A stretch of DNA of 64,000 bases from Candidatus Dormiibacterota bacterium (lineage in GTDB: Bacteria > Chloroflexota > Dormibacteria > Aeolococcales > Aeolococcaceae): NCBI GenBank assembly GCA_963709585.1, contig CAVPXI010000005.1, forward strand, positions 96,001-160,000. The letters run 5' to 3'. The position numbers and the translations under genes were made by a program. The notes under the pieces are model-generated. The model had not been told where the DNA came from and made no database searches. It saw nothing but the letters and a program-made list of their open reading frames with translations. Positions within the stretch are counted from its first letter, which is position 1. Every line of letters starts with the position of its first letter. Below, one piece after another: positions 32,726 through 43,199 of the stretch.

Positions 32726-34223
32726 TCAGTGTCGATCTGCGCGCGCTGGAGGCGTCCGCTGTAGTCGATGTACACGGACTTCCATTCGCTGAACTCGTCG
32801 AGCACGTGGCCCCCCGCTTCGCGGTGGCCGTTGCCGGTATTGCGAGTTCCGCCGAACGGAAGTTGGATCTCCGCGCCGATGGTTGGAGCGTTGATGTAGA
32901 CGATGCCCGAATGGAGCTCGTTGATCGCGTGAAAGGCGGTGCGCAGGTCGTTGGTGTACACGCTGAGGCTGAGCCCGTATTGGGTTGAGTTGGCCGCGGC
33001 GATCGCATCCTCCATCGAACCGACGGGGATGATCACCGTCGTGGGTCCGAAGATCTCCTCCTGGGCGATACGCATCGCGGGCGTGACGTCGCCGAATACC
33101 GTCGGACGGTAGAACCATCCCTTGGCAAGCGCTCCTTCGGTTGCGATCTCGCCACCGAGGAGAAGCGACGCGCCCTCGCCCTTGCCGATCTCCGTGTACG
33201 AATGGATGCGCCGCAGCTGCGTTTCGTTGATCACCGGTCCGACGTCGACCTTCTCATCGAGTCCATCGCCGAGGCGGAGGTGCGAGGCGCGCTCGACGAG
33301 CCGCGTCGTGAAACGATCGAGCGCGCCATGTTCGACGATCAACCGCGATGAGGCGGTGCAGCGCTGTCCGGCGGTGCCGAATGCTCCCCAGAGCGCTCCG
33401 TCCACCGCGAGCTCGACATCGGCGTCGTCGAGCACCACGATCGCGTTCTTGCCGCCCAGCTCGAGCGAGCACTTCTTGAGCATCCTGCCGCACGTCTCGG
33501 ACACGATCCGACCGGTGTCGACACTTCCCGTGAAGTAGATGGCGGCGACGTCGGGGTGCGCGACCAGCGCCGCTCCCGCCTCCTCACCGAAGCCGAAGAC
33601 GACGTTGACCACGCCTACGGGGAGCCCCGCGTCCTCGAGCGCTTCCACGAAGCGTAGCGCGCAGAGCGGCGTGTCCTCGGCGGGCTTGATCACCACGGCG
33701 TTGCCGGCCATGATCGCCGGGAAGATCTTCCAGGAAGGGATGGCGATCGGGAAGTTCCACGGCGTGATACAGCCGACGACGCCGAACGGCTGGCGCATGG
33801 TCATCGCCCACTTGTCGCGCAGCTCGCTCGGCACCGTCTCGCCGAATGCGCGGCGACCCTCGCCGGCGATGAACTTCCCCATGTCGATCGCTTCCTGAAC
33901 GTCGCCCCGAGCCTCGGTGAGCACCTTGCCCATCTCCCGGGTCATGAGCTGCGCGAGCGCTTCCTTGCGGTCTTCGAGAAGCTCGGCGGCGCGCAGGATG
34001 ATCGCGGCCCGGGACGGCCAAGGCGTCCGCCGCCAGGCGTCGAACGCCTCGCGGGCGGCGGCGACCGCGGCGTCCACATCGGCGGCATCGCTGCGGGGAA
34101 ACACGCCGACGACGTCAGCGCTGTTCGCCGGGTTGCGGGATTCGAAGGTGCGCCCGAGCCGGCCGGCCGGAAGGCGCCGCTGATCAGGTTTCCGACCTCG
34201 AGGGCCGCGTCGACGACGGTCAC
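32722..34223 (-). CDS. Aldehyde dehydrogenase; frameshift near 34150-34170
   Basis: [29 protein letters not shown]. The N-terminus [11 protein letters not shown] is in another frame, and its GTG overlaps the upstream stop. Confidence 0.92.
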
Positions 34224-35524
34224 GCCGCGGCCTCCGCCCGCATGGCGGCTTCGAGGATGTCCAGGCCGGCCTCCAGCTCGGATTCCGGGATCGTCAACGG
34301 CGGGACCAACCTGATCACGTTCCCATCGATACCACACGAGAGCAAAAGCAAGCCGCGGGCGAGCGCGTTGGCTGCGATGCGGTCCACGAGGCCGGTCGCG
34401 GGAGCGTTCCCCTGCATGAACTCGAGGCCGATCATCATGCCAAGGCCGCGCACATCCGCAAGCGCGGGAATGGCGGTCTGCCACCCGCGCGCACGTTCCA
34501 TGACACGGCGGCCGAGCCGGTCCGCCCGCTCCGGGATCCGGTCCCGCGTCATCGTCTCGATGACCGCGACCGCAGCCGCGCAGGCAACCGCGTTGCCGCC
34601 GTAGGTGCTGCCGTGCTCGCCCTGGTGGAATGCGCTCATCACGCGATGTCCCCCGACCATTGCGGCGATGGGCATGCCGTTGCCGAGCGCTTTGGCCAGG
34701 CACATGATGTCCGGCGCCACTCCGCTGTGATCGACCGCGAACATCTTCCCGGTGCGACCGAAGCCGCTCTGCACCTCGTCGGCAACCAGCAGGATCCCGT
34801 GCTCGTCGCACACGCGACGGAGCATGGGCATGAACGATGCCGGCGGCACGACGTACCCGCCTTCGCCCTGGACCGGCTCGACGATGATCGCCGCCACGGT
34901 CTCGGGAGCGGTGGTGGTGGCGAAGAGGAGCTGCAGCTCGCGCTCGACCAGCTCGCAGACGTCGTCCTTCGGGTGCGTGCAGTAGCGAAAGCAATACGGA
35001 TACCGGATGTGGTGGACCCCGGGCAGCAGCGGTCCCATGCCCCGGCGGTAGGTGGCCTTACTCGCGGTGAGCGAGAGCGCCCCGTACGTTCGCCCGTGGA
35101 AGCCGCCGACGAACGCGATGAAGTCGCTGCGCCCGGTTGCCCGCCGGGCCAGCTTCATCGCACTCTCCACCGCTTCGGCGCCCGAGTTGGTGAAGAAGAC
35201 CTGGTCGAGCGACGGCGGCGTGATCGAGACGAGCGCGGCACCGGCCTCGATCATCTTCGGATGGAAGGCGGTGACAGACGTATGCCAGAGACGATCGACC
35301 TGCTCGTGCACCGCGGCCACCACGGCTGGATGGCGGTGCCCGAGGTTGTTGACACCGATGCCGCAGCCGAAGTCCAGCACGTCGCGACCGTCGACCGTGT
35401 GCAGATGCGCGCCCTCGGCGGTCTCGACGACCAGGTCCGAGTAGCGGTGGTAGGCGGGAGAGATCAGCTCGGCGTCGCGCTCGCGCCACGTCGCCGCATC
35501 CGCGGCCGCCGGAATGCCGCTCAC
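34220..35524 (-). CDS. Class III PLP aminotransferase (4-aminobutyrate aminotransferase-like)
   Basis: NSGAEAVE, FHGRT, EPVQGEGG, DEVQSGFGRTG, LAKALG. Confidence 0.92.
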   Translation of the reverse strand: MSGIPAAADAATWRERDAELISPAYHRYSDLVVETAEGAHLHTVDGRDVLDFGCGIGVNNLGHRHPAVVAAVHEQVDRLWHTSVTAFHPKMIEAGAALVSITPPSLDQVFFTNSGAEAVESAMKLARRATGRSDFIAFVGGFHGRTYGALSLTASKATYRRGMGPLLPGVHHIRYPYCFRYCTHPKDDVCELVERELQLLFATTTAPETVAAIIVEPVQGEGGYVVPPASFMPMLRRVCDEHGILLVADEVQSGFGRTGKMFAVDHSGVAPDIMCLAKALGNGMPIAAMVGGHRVMSAFHQGEHGSTYGGNAVACAAAVAVIETMTRDRIPERADRLGRRVMERARGWQTAIPALADVRGLGMMIGLEFMQGNAPATGLVDRIAANALARGLLLLSCGIDGNVIRLVPPLTIPESELEAGLDILEAAMRAEAAA

Positions 35525-36246
35525 GACCCGGAGGTGGCGGTTGCGGGCCCGGAGGGCGATGCGGCGGCACTCCGCACCCCGACCTTGCCGAGGGCGAGGA
35601 AGCCGCCGAACATGATCGCGATCCCCGCGGCCTCATACGCCCCGAGGACGTCGAGGTTGGCGATGCCGACGGTCTTGGCCGCCGAGAAGCCGACCGCGAT
35701 GATCAAGGCCCCGGCGGTGAGCAGGACGTTGCAGATGACCCGGTCGATGCCCGCCCGGTCGCGAATGAATCGATACGCAGACCAAGCGGATCCACCCACC
35801 AGCACCAGCGTCCCGAGGATGTTGAGGAAGACCACGCCAATGAAGAGCAGCGAGCCCTGCTGAATGGCGTCGCCGAGTACCCCCTTGGCAGTGGTCAGCT
35901 TGGCGGCGTCGACCGGGATCACCGCCGCGTCGACCGCCAGGACGATGGTGATCGCCCCGAGCACGATGGCGCAGGCCCACGCCACGCGCCGAGGTGCCAG
36001 GAGAAATATGGTGCCGAGCGCCAGATAGATGACTCCGAGCACGCCGCCGAGGAGATAGAAGCCGCGGAACACCGCCGGCGACCAACCGCCCGTCTCTCCG
36101 GCCGCCTGGAACGCGGCCGCGCCGGCGAAGATGAGAAGTCCGAGGGTCCAGGCCGCGAACGCGGGACGCCGGCTGCGGAGGAACCTGAGGAAAACGACCA
36201 CCGCAAACGCTGCACTCAATCCACTCGCAACAGCAGCGAACACCAT
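35521..36246 (-). CDS. Uncharacterised integral membrane protein, about 7 TM (start uncertain)
   Basis: Seven hydrophobic segments; stop overlaps the aminotransferase start. Confidence 0.75.
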   Translation of the reverse strand: MVFAAVASGLSAAFAVVVFLRFLRSRRPAFAAWTLGLLIFAGAAAFQAAGETGGWSPAVFRGFYLLGGVLGVIYLALGTIFLLAPRRVAWACAIVLGAITIVLAVDAAVIPVDAAKLTTAKGVLGDAIQQGSLLFIGVVFLNILGTLVLVGGSAWSAYRFIRDRAGIDRVICNVLLTAGALIIAVGFSAAKTVGIANLDVLGAYEAAGIAIMFGGFLALGKVGVRSAAASPSGPATATSGS

Positions 36247-36407
36247 AAAGATGATCCTAGCGAGGTTGAGAGGCTCCTTGGATTTGCCGTGGATTGCGCT
36301 TGCTTGCCGCAGGCTAGTTCCAATGGGCGATTGACAACCAGTCGTGCCCGAGTGTACACAGACAGCCTCACCAGCCATTGCCTCGCAGAGAGAGGAGAAC
36401 CCAGCAC

Positions 36408-37715
36408 ATGGTCAAGCCCACCAAAGGGGTCTTGTCGATCGCTTCAATCGCCGCACTAGGCGTATTAGCCGCCTGCGGGACAAGCACGACCAGCGGCACG
36501 ACCACCGGTTGCACCGGTTCGGTGACGGTTGCCACCGAGCTGCCCACCAGCGGCGGCGACGCCTCTGACGGGCTGCCGACGCAGTACGGGGCGCAGCTGG
36601 CCGTCGACCAGGCCAACGCCAACCATCTGCTGGGCGGAAGCTGCACGGTCAACCTCATCAGCAAGGACGACGCGTCGGTCGCTCTGGGCAAGCACGACCC
36701 GAACCTCGGTGCGGCGAACATGAGCGCACTGGCTGCGAACGCCGCAGTTGTTGGCGTGGTCGGAGCCTTCAACTCGGTTGTCTGCGAGGCGGAGGCGCCG
36801 ATCGCGAATCAGGCGGACCTCGTTATGATCAGCCCATCCTGCACCAACCCCGGTATCACCCAGGTTGGCGCGGACCCGACTGTTCACACGCTCTCGTTGC
36901 GGCCAACCGGCAAGATCACGTTCTTCCGGGTCTGCACCACCGACACGGAGCAGGGCGCAGGTCTTGCTCTAGAAGCGAAGTCTCTCAACGCCACGAAGGC
37001 GTACGTCTTCGACGATCAGGAGTTGTATGGCCTGGGGCTGGCGACCGAGTTCACCAAGGACTTCACTGCCGGCGGCGGCACGGTCGTGGGCCATCAGAGC
37101 CTGCCTGGAACGACGACGTCCTTCACCAGCTACCTGCAGCAGGCGAAGAGCCTTGGCGCGGACCTGATCTTCTTCGGCGGCACCTCGAGCAACGGCGGCG
37201 GCATCATTCGCCAGCAAATGTCCGATCCCACGGTTGGGATGGGCAGCGTTAACTTCATCGGCGGCGACGGCATTTCTGACAACCTGTTCCTCACCCAGGC
37301 GGGCAAGACCGCTAATGGCGTGTACTACACGGTCGCCGCGCCGTTCCTTACCCAGATCTCCTCGGCGGCAACGTTCCTGACTCAATACAAGGCATCCAAG
37401 TACGCGACCTCGTCCAACGGCCTCGTCGGCGGACAGGTGTACGCGTACACGGCCAATGCGTACGACGCCATGAACATCATCCTGAAGGCGATCAAGGAAG
37501 CCATATCCGCAAACGGTGGAACCATCCCAGGCAACCCGCAAACGTTCCGTGCGTCGGTGCGGGCGGACGTGGCCTCCATCCAGTACGCGGGCGTGATCGG
37601 AAACACGGCCTTCACGAGCGTCGGCGACACGACCAACGTCGCGTTGACGCTGTACCAGATTCAAAACGGCGCCGCGGTAGCCACCAAGGCGCTGAGCGTC
37701 ACCGCCGCCGGCTAG
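36408..37715 (+). CDS. Liv-type (HAAT) ABC transporter substrate-binding lipoprotein
   Basis: Lipobox LAAC, GVVGAFNS, MISPSCT, FFRVC, IGGDG, AYDA; AGGAG RBS; TTGACA-N18-TACACA upstream. Confidence 0.9.
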   Translation: MVKPTKGVLSIASIAALGVLAACGTSTTSGTTTGCTGSVTVATELPTSGGDASDGLPTQYGAQLAVDQANANHLLGGSCTVNLISKDDASVALGKHDPNLGAANMSALAANAAVVGVVGAFNSVVCEAEAPIANQADLVMISPSCTNPGITQVGADPTVHTLSLRPTGKITFFRVCTTDTEQGAGLALEAKSLNATKAYVFDDQELYGLGLATEFTKDFTAGGGTVVGHQSLPGTTTSFTSYLQQAKSLGADLIFFGGTSSNGGGIIRQQMSDPTVGMGSVNFIGGDGISDNLFLTQAGKTANGVYYTVAAPFLTQISSAATFLTQYKASKYATSSNGLVGGQVYAYTANAYDAMNIILKAIKEAISANGGTIPGNPQTFRASVRADVASIQYAGVIGNTAFTSVGDTTNVALTLYQIQNGAAVATKALSVTAAG

Positions 37716-37744
37716 GAAGCGGAACACACAGCCACGTGAACAAG

Positions 37745-37780
37745 AACGGCGGGAGGCACAGCCTCCCGCCGTTTCCGTTT
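37745..37780 (+). terminator. Intrinsic terminator or stabilising hairpin after the binding-protein gene
   Basis: 13-bp perfect stem AACGGCGGGAGGC-ACA-GCCTCCCGCCGTT followed by TCCGTTT. Confidence 0.75.
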
Positions 37781-37797
37781 GACGCTGAGGATCGCGG

Positions 37798-38913
37798 ATG
37801 AGCCCGCCTCCAGACGACGCCGGCGAGGCCGTCCTCATTCAGCCCGGCTCGGCTGCCCCGCTGCGGCCGACCCTGCGCGGCATCTCATTTCCCGCCATTG
37901 CGGTCACGATCCTCGTCGCCCTGGTGGTCATCTCGGTGGCGAAGAACGGCGGCACCGAGACCGGGGATCAGATCCTTACAGGGCTGCAGGTCGGCGCCAT
38001 CTATGCCCTCATCGCCGTCGGGTACACCATGGTCTACGGGATCATCGAGCTGATCAACTTCGCCCACGGCGACGTCTTCACGCTCAGTGCCTTCTACGCC
38101 ATCATCATCGTGGCCTGGTCGGATGACCTCCACCTCCCCATCGACGGACTGGCGACGCAGCACGGCATCCTCGGCCTCGTCGCGGCGATCGCCATCCTCA
38201 TCACCCTCACGATGATCGCCACCGGCCTCACCGGGGTTGCGATCGAACGTCTCGCGTATCGCCGGCTACGCAACTCCCCGCGCCTCGCCGCGCTCATCAC
38301 CGCGATCGGGATGTCGTTCCTGCTCGAGGGCATCATGTTCGCCTTCTTCGTCCCGCCGGGCGGCCTCGGCGGCAGCTATCCGACCGGCATGGACTCCTGG
38401 ATCAGCGGCATCGCATTCACCGTCGGCGGCGTCGTCTTCGACTGGGGCGACATCTTCGTCATCGTGGCGGCGGTCCTCTTGATGGTCGGGGTGCAGCGCT
38501 ACATCCAGTCGAGCAGGCTCGGCAAGGCGATGCGCGCCTCCGCGCAGGACCGCGACGCTGCATTGATCTGCGGCATCAACATCAACCGAACCATCGCTGC
38601 AACGTTCTTCATCGGCTCGGCGCTGGCGGCCGCCGGTGGTGTCGTCTATGCCACCCACTATCACACCATCCTGTGGAGCCAGGGCTATCGGTTCGGCATT
38701 GTCGCTTTCACCGCAGCAGTCCTCGGGGGCATCGGCAACATCGTCGGCGCGGGCATCGGTGGGTTTCTCATCGGGCTCGTCGAGGTGTTCTCCGCCTCGT
38801 TGCTCCCCAACGGCGGCGGCTGGAGCGACGCCATCATCTTCGCGATCCTGATCCTGATTCTCACTCTCCGGCCGTCGGGCCTTCTCGGGGTTCGGGTGCC
38901 CGACCGTGCCTGA
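37798..38913 (+). CDS. livH: Liv-type ABC permease (LivH-like)
   Basis: YALIAVGYTMVYGIIELINFAHG, LGKAMRA, AAVLGGIG. Confidence 0.9.
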   Translation: MSPPPDDAGEAVLIQPGSAAPLRPTLRGISFPAIAVTILVALVVISVAKNGGTETGDQILTGLQVGAIYALIAVGYTMVYGIIELINFAHGDVFTLSAFYAIIIVAWSDDLHLPIDGLATQHGILGLVAAIAILITLTMIATGLTGVAIERLAYRRLRNSPRLAALITAIGMSFLLEGIMFAFFVPPGGLGGSYPTGMDSWISGIAFTVGGVVFDWGDIFVIVAAVLLMVGVQRYIQSSRLGKAMRASAQDRDAALICGININRTIAATFFIGSALAAAGGVVYATHYHTILWSQGYRFGIVAFTAAVLGGIGNIVGAGIGGFLIGLVEVFSASLLPNGGGWSDAIIFAILILILTLRPSGLLGVRVPDRA

Positions 38914-40540
38914 CGAGGTGATCGAGAGCACGGTCCCCCAGGACGTCGCGGTGGCAGCCCCCGACGATGTCGCCATGGAGATCCTGGGGGCCACTGCTGA
39001 CGCCAAGCGCGAAGAGACCGGCGTGCTCTGGGTCATCGCGCTATCGGGCATCGCCCTGATCGTGTGCGGCTGGTTCCTGCCGTGGTACGTCGAACTGACG
39101 AGCAACGGCATTGGTTTCAGCCCGATGGACGCGGTGCTCAACTTCACCGGGATCGGCACCATCCTTCTGTACGTGGTCGGCCTCGGAATGCTCAGCATCC
39201 TCGGCGGAGCGCTCTACGACATCTTCTGCATCGCGACCCATCGCGGAACTCCGTTTCGCTATTCCAGGCTGCGTGCCGTCATCGCCCTCTGCGGCGTTGC
39301 CGCCGTTACCGCCATCTCCATTCTGATCGGCGTTCTCCACGAGGAACGGCTCTTTGGAAACCTCTCGCCCTTCTCGGTCACGGACAACGCCGTGTGGATG
39401 ACGCTGACGGGCTTTGCGCTGTGCGCATTCGCGTACGGTCTGCGCGGGTGGATCAGCCACCACGGGGGAATCGCTTTCACCGCGGTCGCTTTCGCGGTCG
39501 GCGCCGCGTTCCCGATGATCTTCAACCAGTCCGCAGATTTCGTGGGCTGGGGAGCGCGTTTCGCCGCCATCTATGTGCTGCTCGCTCTTGGCCTCAACGT
39601 GGTGGTCGGATTCGCAGGGTTGCTGGACCTCGGATACGCCGCGTTCTTTGCCATCGGCGCCTACACGACGGCCGCCCTGTCAGGACCGCACTACGGGCTG
39701 CACCTTCCCTTCTGGGTGATCATCTTTCTCGGGGCGGCGGTGGCATCGCTCTTCGGCGCAGTCCTTGGCGCCCCGACGTTGCGCCTGCGCGGCGACTACC
39801 TCGCCATCGTGACGCTCGGGTTCGGCGAGATCATCCCGGACCTCGCGACCAACAACGTCTTCGGCGCCACCGGTGGTCCGAACGGACTGCAGGCGTACCC
39901 GGCGTCTTTCGGCAGTTTCAACCTCGCGCAGCTCGGCGCCATCCCCGCGAACACCAAGTTCTACTTCTGGATGCTCCTCGTGCTGGTGGCGCTCGTCGTG
40001 GTGGCGCTGCGTAACCTGGAGCGGTCACGCCTCGGGCGTGCCTGGGTCGCGATCCGTGAGGACGAGATCGCTGCCGCGGCCACGGGTATCAACACGGTGA
40101 GCACGAAGCTGCTGGCCTTCGCGATCGGCGCATCCGTCAGCGGTTTCGCGGGCGCGTTCTTCGGTGCGATGCTCGGCATCGTCGCGCCGGAAAACTTCCA
40201 GTTTGCGGTATCGGTCACCGTGCTGAGCACGGTGGTGCTCGGCGGCATCGGCAACATCGCCGGGGTGGCGGTGGGTGCGATACTCATCGCCTTTCTCATC
40301 AACTGGGTGCTGCCGTACATGACGGAGTGGACCACGACGCTCTCTCGTGTGACTGGCGCCACGCAGCTTGCAGGCGTTGACTTTAGCCGCTACCAGTACA
40401 TGTTCTACGGCTTGGTCCTCATCGGGATCATGCTGCTTCGACCGGCCGGGTTGCTGCCAAGTCGCGCTCGTAAGGTGGAGCTGGTCGCGCCGTCGGAGTC
40501 GGAGACGGAATCGCTTGCTGCGTTACAGGGAAAGGCGTGA
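38906..40540 (+). CDS. livM: Liv-type ABC permease (LivM-like) with extra N-terminal membrane domain
   Basis: LGLNVVVGFAGLLDLGYAAFFAIGAY, LRLRGDYLAIVTLGFGE, GRAWVAIREDE. Confidence 0.9.
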   Translation: MPDEVIESTVPQDVAVAAPDDVAMEILGATADAKREETGVLWVIALSGIALIVCGWFLPWYVELTSNGIGFSPMDAVLNFTGIGTILLYVVGLGMLSILGGALYDIFCIATHRGTPFRYSRLRAVIALCGVAAVTAISILIGVLHEERLFGNLSPFSVTDNAVWMTLTGFALCAFAYGLRGWISHHGGIAFTAVAFAVGAAFPMIFNQSADFVGWGARFAAIYVLLALGLNVVVGFAGLLDLGYAAFFAIGAYTTAALSGPHYGLHLPFWVIIFLGAAVASLFGAVLGAPTLRLRGDYLAIVTLGFGEIIPDLATNNVFGATGGPNGLQAYPASFGSFNLAQLGAIPANTKFYFWMLLVLVALVVVALRNLERSRLGRAWVAIREDEIAAAATGINTVSTKLLAFAIGASVSGFAGAFFGAMLGIVAPENFQFAVSVTVLSTVVLGGIGNIAGVAVGAILIAFLINWVLPYMTEWTTTLSRVTGATQLAGVDFSRYQYMFYGLVLIGIMLLRPAGLLPSRARKVELVAPSESETESLAALQGKA

Positions 40541-41319
40541 GCGCGCTCCTGGAGATCGACGGCATCACCAAGGTTTTCGGCGGCCTCAGCGCGGTCTCGA
40601 ACGTGAGCTTCGAGGTGGAGGAGGGCGCGATCATCTCGATGATCGGACCGAATGGCGCAGGGAAAACGACGGCATTCAACTGCATCACCGGACTCTACCC
40701 TCTGAGCAGCGGCAACATTCGTTTCAAGGGCAAGAAGATCGCCGGCATGCCCCCGCATCGCATCACGCGGCTCGGCATCACACGGACATTCCAGAACATT
40801 CGCCTCTTCTCCTTCATGACTGCGGTCGACAACGTGATGGTGGGCGAGCATTCCCGCATGCACGCCAAGGTCTGGGACGCGGTCTTTCGAACGCCCAGCG
40901 AACGGCGTGAAGAGCGCGACGTCGAACAGCGGGCGCTCACCACGCTGCGCCGGCTGGGGATCGAGCGCTATGCCGATGCCTACGCGCGCAACCTTCCCTA
41001 CGGCCTGCAGCGCCGCCTCGAGATCGCGCGCGCACTGGCCAGCGGCCCGAGTCTCCTCCTCCTCGACGAACCCGCCGCGGGACTCAATCAACGCGAGAAA
41101 CGCGAGTTGATGGAGCTGATCGGCGAGCTCCGTGCAGGCGGCCTCACGATCTTTCTCATCGAGCACGACATGCGCGTGGTCATGGGGATCAGCGACCGGA
41201 TCGTGGTCCTGGATCATGGCGAGAAGATCGCCGAGGGTCCCCCGCAGGCGGTGCGCGAGAATCCCCGCGTCATCGAGGCGTACCTCGGAAGCGGAGCGAG
41301 TGAGATGCAGGTCTCATGA
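40537..41319 (+). CDS. livG: Liv-type ABC ATPase (LivG-like)
   Basis: GPNGAGKT, RTFQNIRLF, LPYG, LLLDEPAAG. Confidence 0.92.
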   Translation: MSALLEIDGITKVFGGLSAVSNVSFEVEEGAIISMIGPNGAGKTTAFNCITGLYPLSSGNIRFKGKKIAGMPPHRITRLGITRTFQNIRLFSFMTAVDNVMVGEHSRMHAKVWDAVFRTPSERREERDVEQRALTTLRRLGIERYADAYARNLPYGLQRRLEIARALASGPSLLLLDEPAAGLNQREKRELMELIGELRAGGLTIFLIEHDMRVVMGISDRIVVLDHGEKIAEGPPQAVRENPRVIEAYLGSGASEMQVS

Positions 41320-42080
41320 CAGTGACCGCAACGCCGCCGGCGCACGAGAACGTCGGTCCGGCTTCGGCTGAACCGCTCCTCGAGCTGCGCGATCTCGACG
41401 TTTTCTACGGCCGTGTCCAGGTGCTGCACGGTGTGTCCCTCACCGTGGGCCAGGGCGAGATCGTGGCGCTCATCGGCAGCAACGGCGCGGGGAAGACAAC
41501 AACTCTGCGCACCATCAGCGGCCTGGTGCGCCCTGCGAAGGGCGAGGTGCGGCTCCGCGGCGCGCCGGTCCACACGCTGGGCGCCGAGCAGATAGCACGC
41601 CTCGGCGTGGCGCACGCTCCCGAGGGCCGCCGGCTCTTCTCGCGGATGACAGTTCGCGAGAACCTCGAGATGGGCGCTTACAGCAGGCGCGACAGACCAG
41701 GCATCCGCGAGGACATGGATCGCGTATTCAATCTCTTCCCCCGCCTCAGCGAACGGTCGACCCAGCTGTCCGGCAGCCTGAGCGGGGGCGAGCAGCAGAT
41801 GGTGGCCATCGGGAGGGCGCTGATGGGCCGGCCCTCGATCCTGTTGCTCGACGAGCCGTCGCTCGGTCTTGCCCCAGTGCTGGTCGACGCCATCTTCGAG
41901 GTGATCCGTGAGGTGAGCGCTAACGGGACAACGATCCTGCTCATCGAGCAGAACGCCCTGCTCGCACTCAAGACCGCAAGCCGCGGTTATGTGCTCGAAA
42001 CGGGGAACGTCGTGCTCTCGGGTCCATCGTCGGAGCTCATTGCGTCGCCCGATATCCAAAGAGCCTATCTCGGTATGTAA
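41316..42080 (+). CDS. livF: Liv-type ABC ATPase (LivF-like)
   Basis: GSNGAGKT, LSGGEQQM, LDEPSLGLAP. Confidence 0.92.
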   Translation: MTVTATPPAHENVGPASAEPLLELRDLDVFYGRVQVLHGVSLTVGQGEIVALIGSNGAGKTTTLRTISGLVRPAKGEVRLRGAPVHTLGAEQIARLGVAHAPEGRRLFSRMTVRENLEMGAYSRRDRPGIREDMDRVFNLFPRLSERSTQLSGSLSGGEQQMVAIGRALMGRPSILLLDEPSLGLAPVLVDAIFEVIREVSANGTTILLIEQNALLALKTASRGYVLETGNVVLSGPSSELIASPDIQRAYLGM

Positions 42081-42127
42081 TCCTCTCTGGAGGGAAACCA
42101 ACCAGACTTGGTTGACGTCAGAGGGAA

Positions 42128-42902
42128 GTGATGCCATCGATCGGCGAGACGACGCCGGCTTCCGGAGGTCCGAGCACCAGCCTCGACTCGTTGACGCCTC
42201 CGCCCGAAGAGACGCCAACCCGCGATTTCGTGGGATGGACCGCGCAGCCGGAACTTCGGAACAGCCGGCGGCTTTCGGTCGAGGTCACGCGCAAGGTATT
42301 GGCCACGGCGCTCGGGCTCGAGCCCGAGGTGCTCGCACACCTCGACGCCGCTCAGCTCCGAACAGCGCTCGACCGTCTCCGTGCTATGGCCGCGTACACC
42401 CACAAGCTCGCCGAGGTCGCTGCCACCGACGACCTCACCGGCGCGCTCCGGCGGAGTGCGGGACTTGCCGCCCTGCAGCGCGAGATCGACCGGTCCCGCC
42501 GCGTCGGCGGCAAGGGCATCGCGGTCATCTTCCTCGACGTCGACCGCCTCAAGCACGTGAACGACACCGAGGGTCACGCGGCCGGAGACCATGTTCTCGT
42601 CGAGGCCGTCGCCGCGATCCGCAAACGGGTTCGCTCGTACGACCTGGTCATCCGCTACGGTGGCGACGAGTTCCTGTGCGCCCTCGTCGACGTGGACCCC
42701 GCAGACGCCGAGAGCACGCTGGCTGACATCCGCCTCCAGTACACCGCGACGACCGGCCATTCCGTGAGCGTTGGTATGACCACCGTCGGCGACGCGGACA
42801 CCGCTGAACTCGGTGATCGCGAGGGCCGACGCAGCCCTGTATGCGGAACGGCGCAAACTCGAACGGCAAAGTCCGAGCCCCGCCGATCCAACACATTCCT
42901 GA
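42128..42902 (+). CDS. Diguanylate cyclase (GGDEF); frameshift near 42806-42811, probably a sequencing error
   Basis: DDLTG, LKHVNDTEGHAAGD, RYGGDEF. Removing one base restores SVIARADAALY and a stop at 42902. Confidence 0.88.
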
Positions 42903-42971
42903 GAGCCTGCCGCGCCAGGATTCGAGCCCCGAACTCGCGGGTACCATGGCCTTCAGTAAGGAGCTTGAACG

Positions 42972-43199
42972 ATGGCGATAGACGTGGTCGGCAAGCTGGC
43001 GAGAGTGACTGCCGACATTACCCCGGGACATCTCGGCGAGGTGCTCATCGAGGTCCGCGCGGGCACCGAACGCTTCCTTGCGTGCGCCTCGGACAAGGCA
43101 GCGACGATCACAAAGCATTCCCAGGTCCTTGTGGTGGGTAGCCTGGGCGGTCGCACCGTTGAGGTGGCGCCGACAGACACCATGAGGTTGCCACGATGA
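42972..43199 (+). CDS. Small NfeD-like OB-fold protein
   Basis: VVGKLARVT..I..GHLGEVLIEVRAG...VLVV; translationally coupled to flotillin. Confidence 0.7.
   Translation: MAIDVVGKLARVTADITPGHLGEVLIEVRAGTERFLACASDKAATITKHSQVLVVGSLGGRTVEVAPTDTMRLPR

Noticed and set aside
24710-34170. Frameshifts in the helicase (about 24720), MFS 3' end (about 29830) and ALDH (about 34155) as further GASTC cases
   Set aside because: Not counted. The helicase site has no clear GASTC. The other two (both GGCTCGGG on the minus strand) could be a lost A from GACTC but equally a shortened G run.
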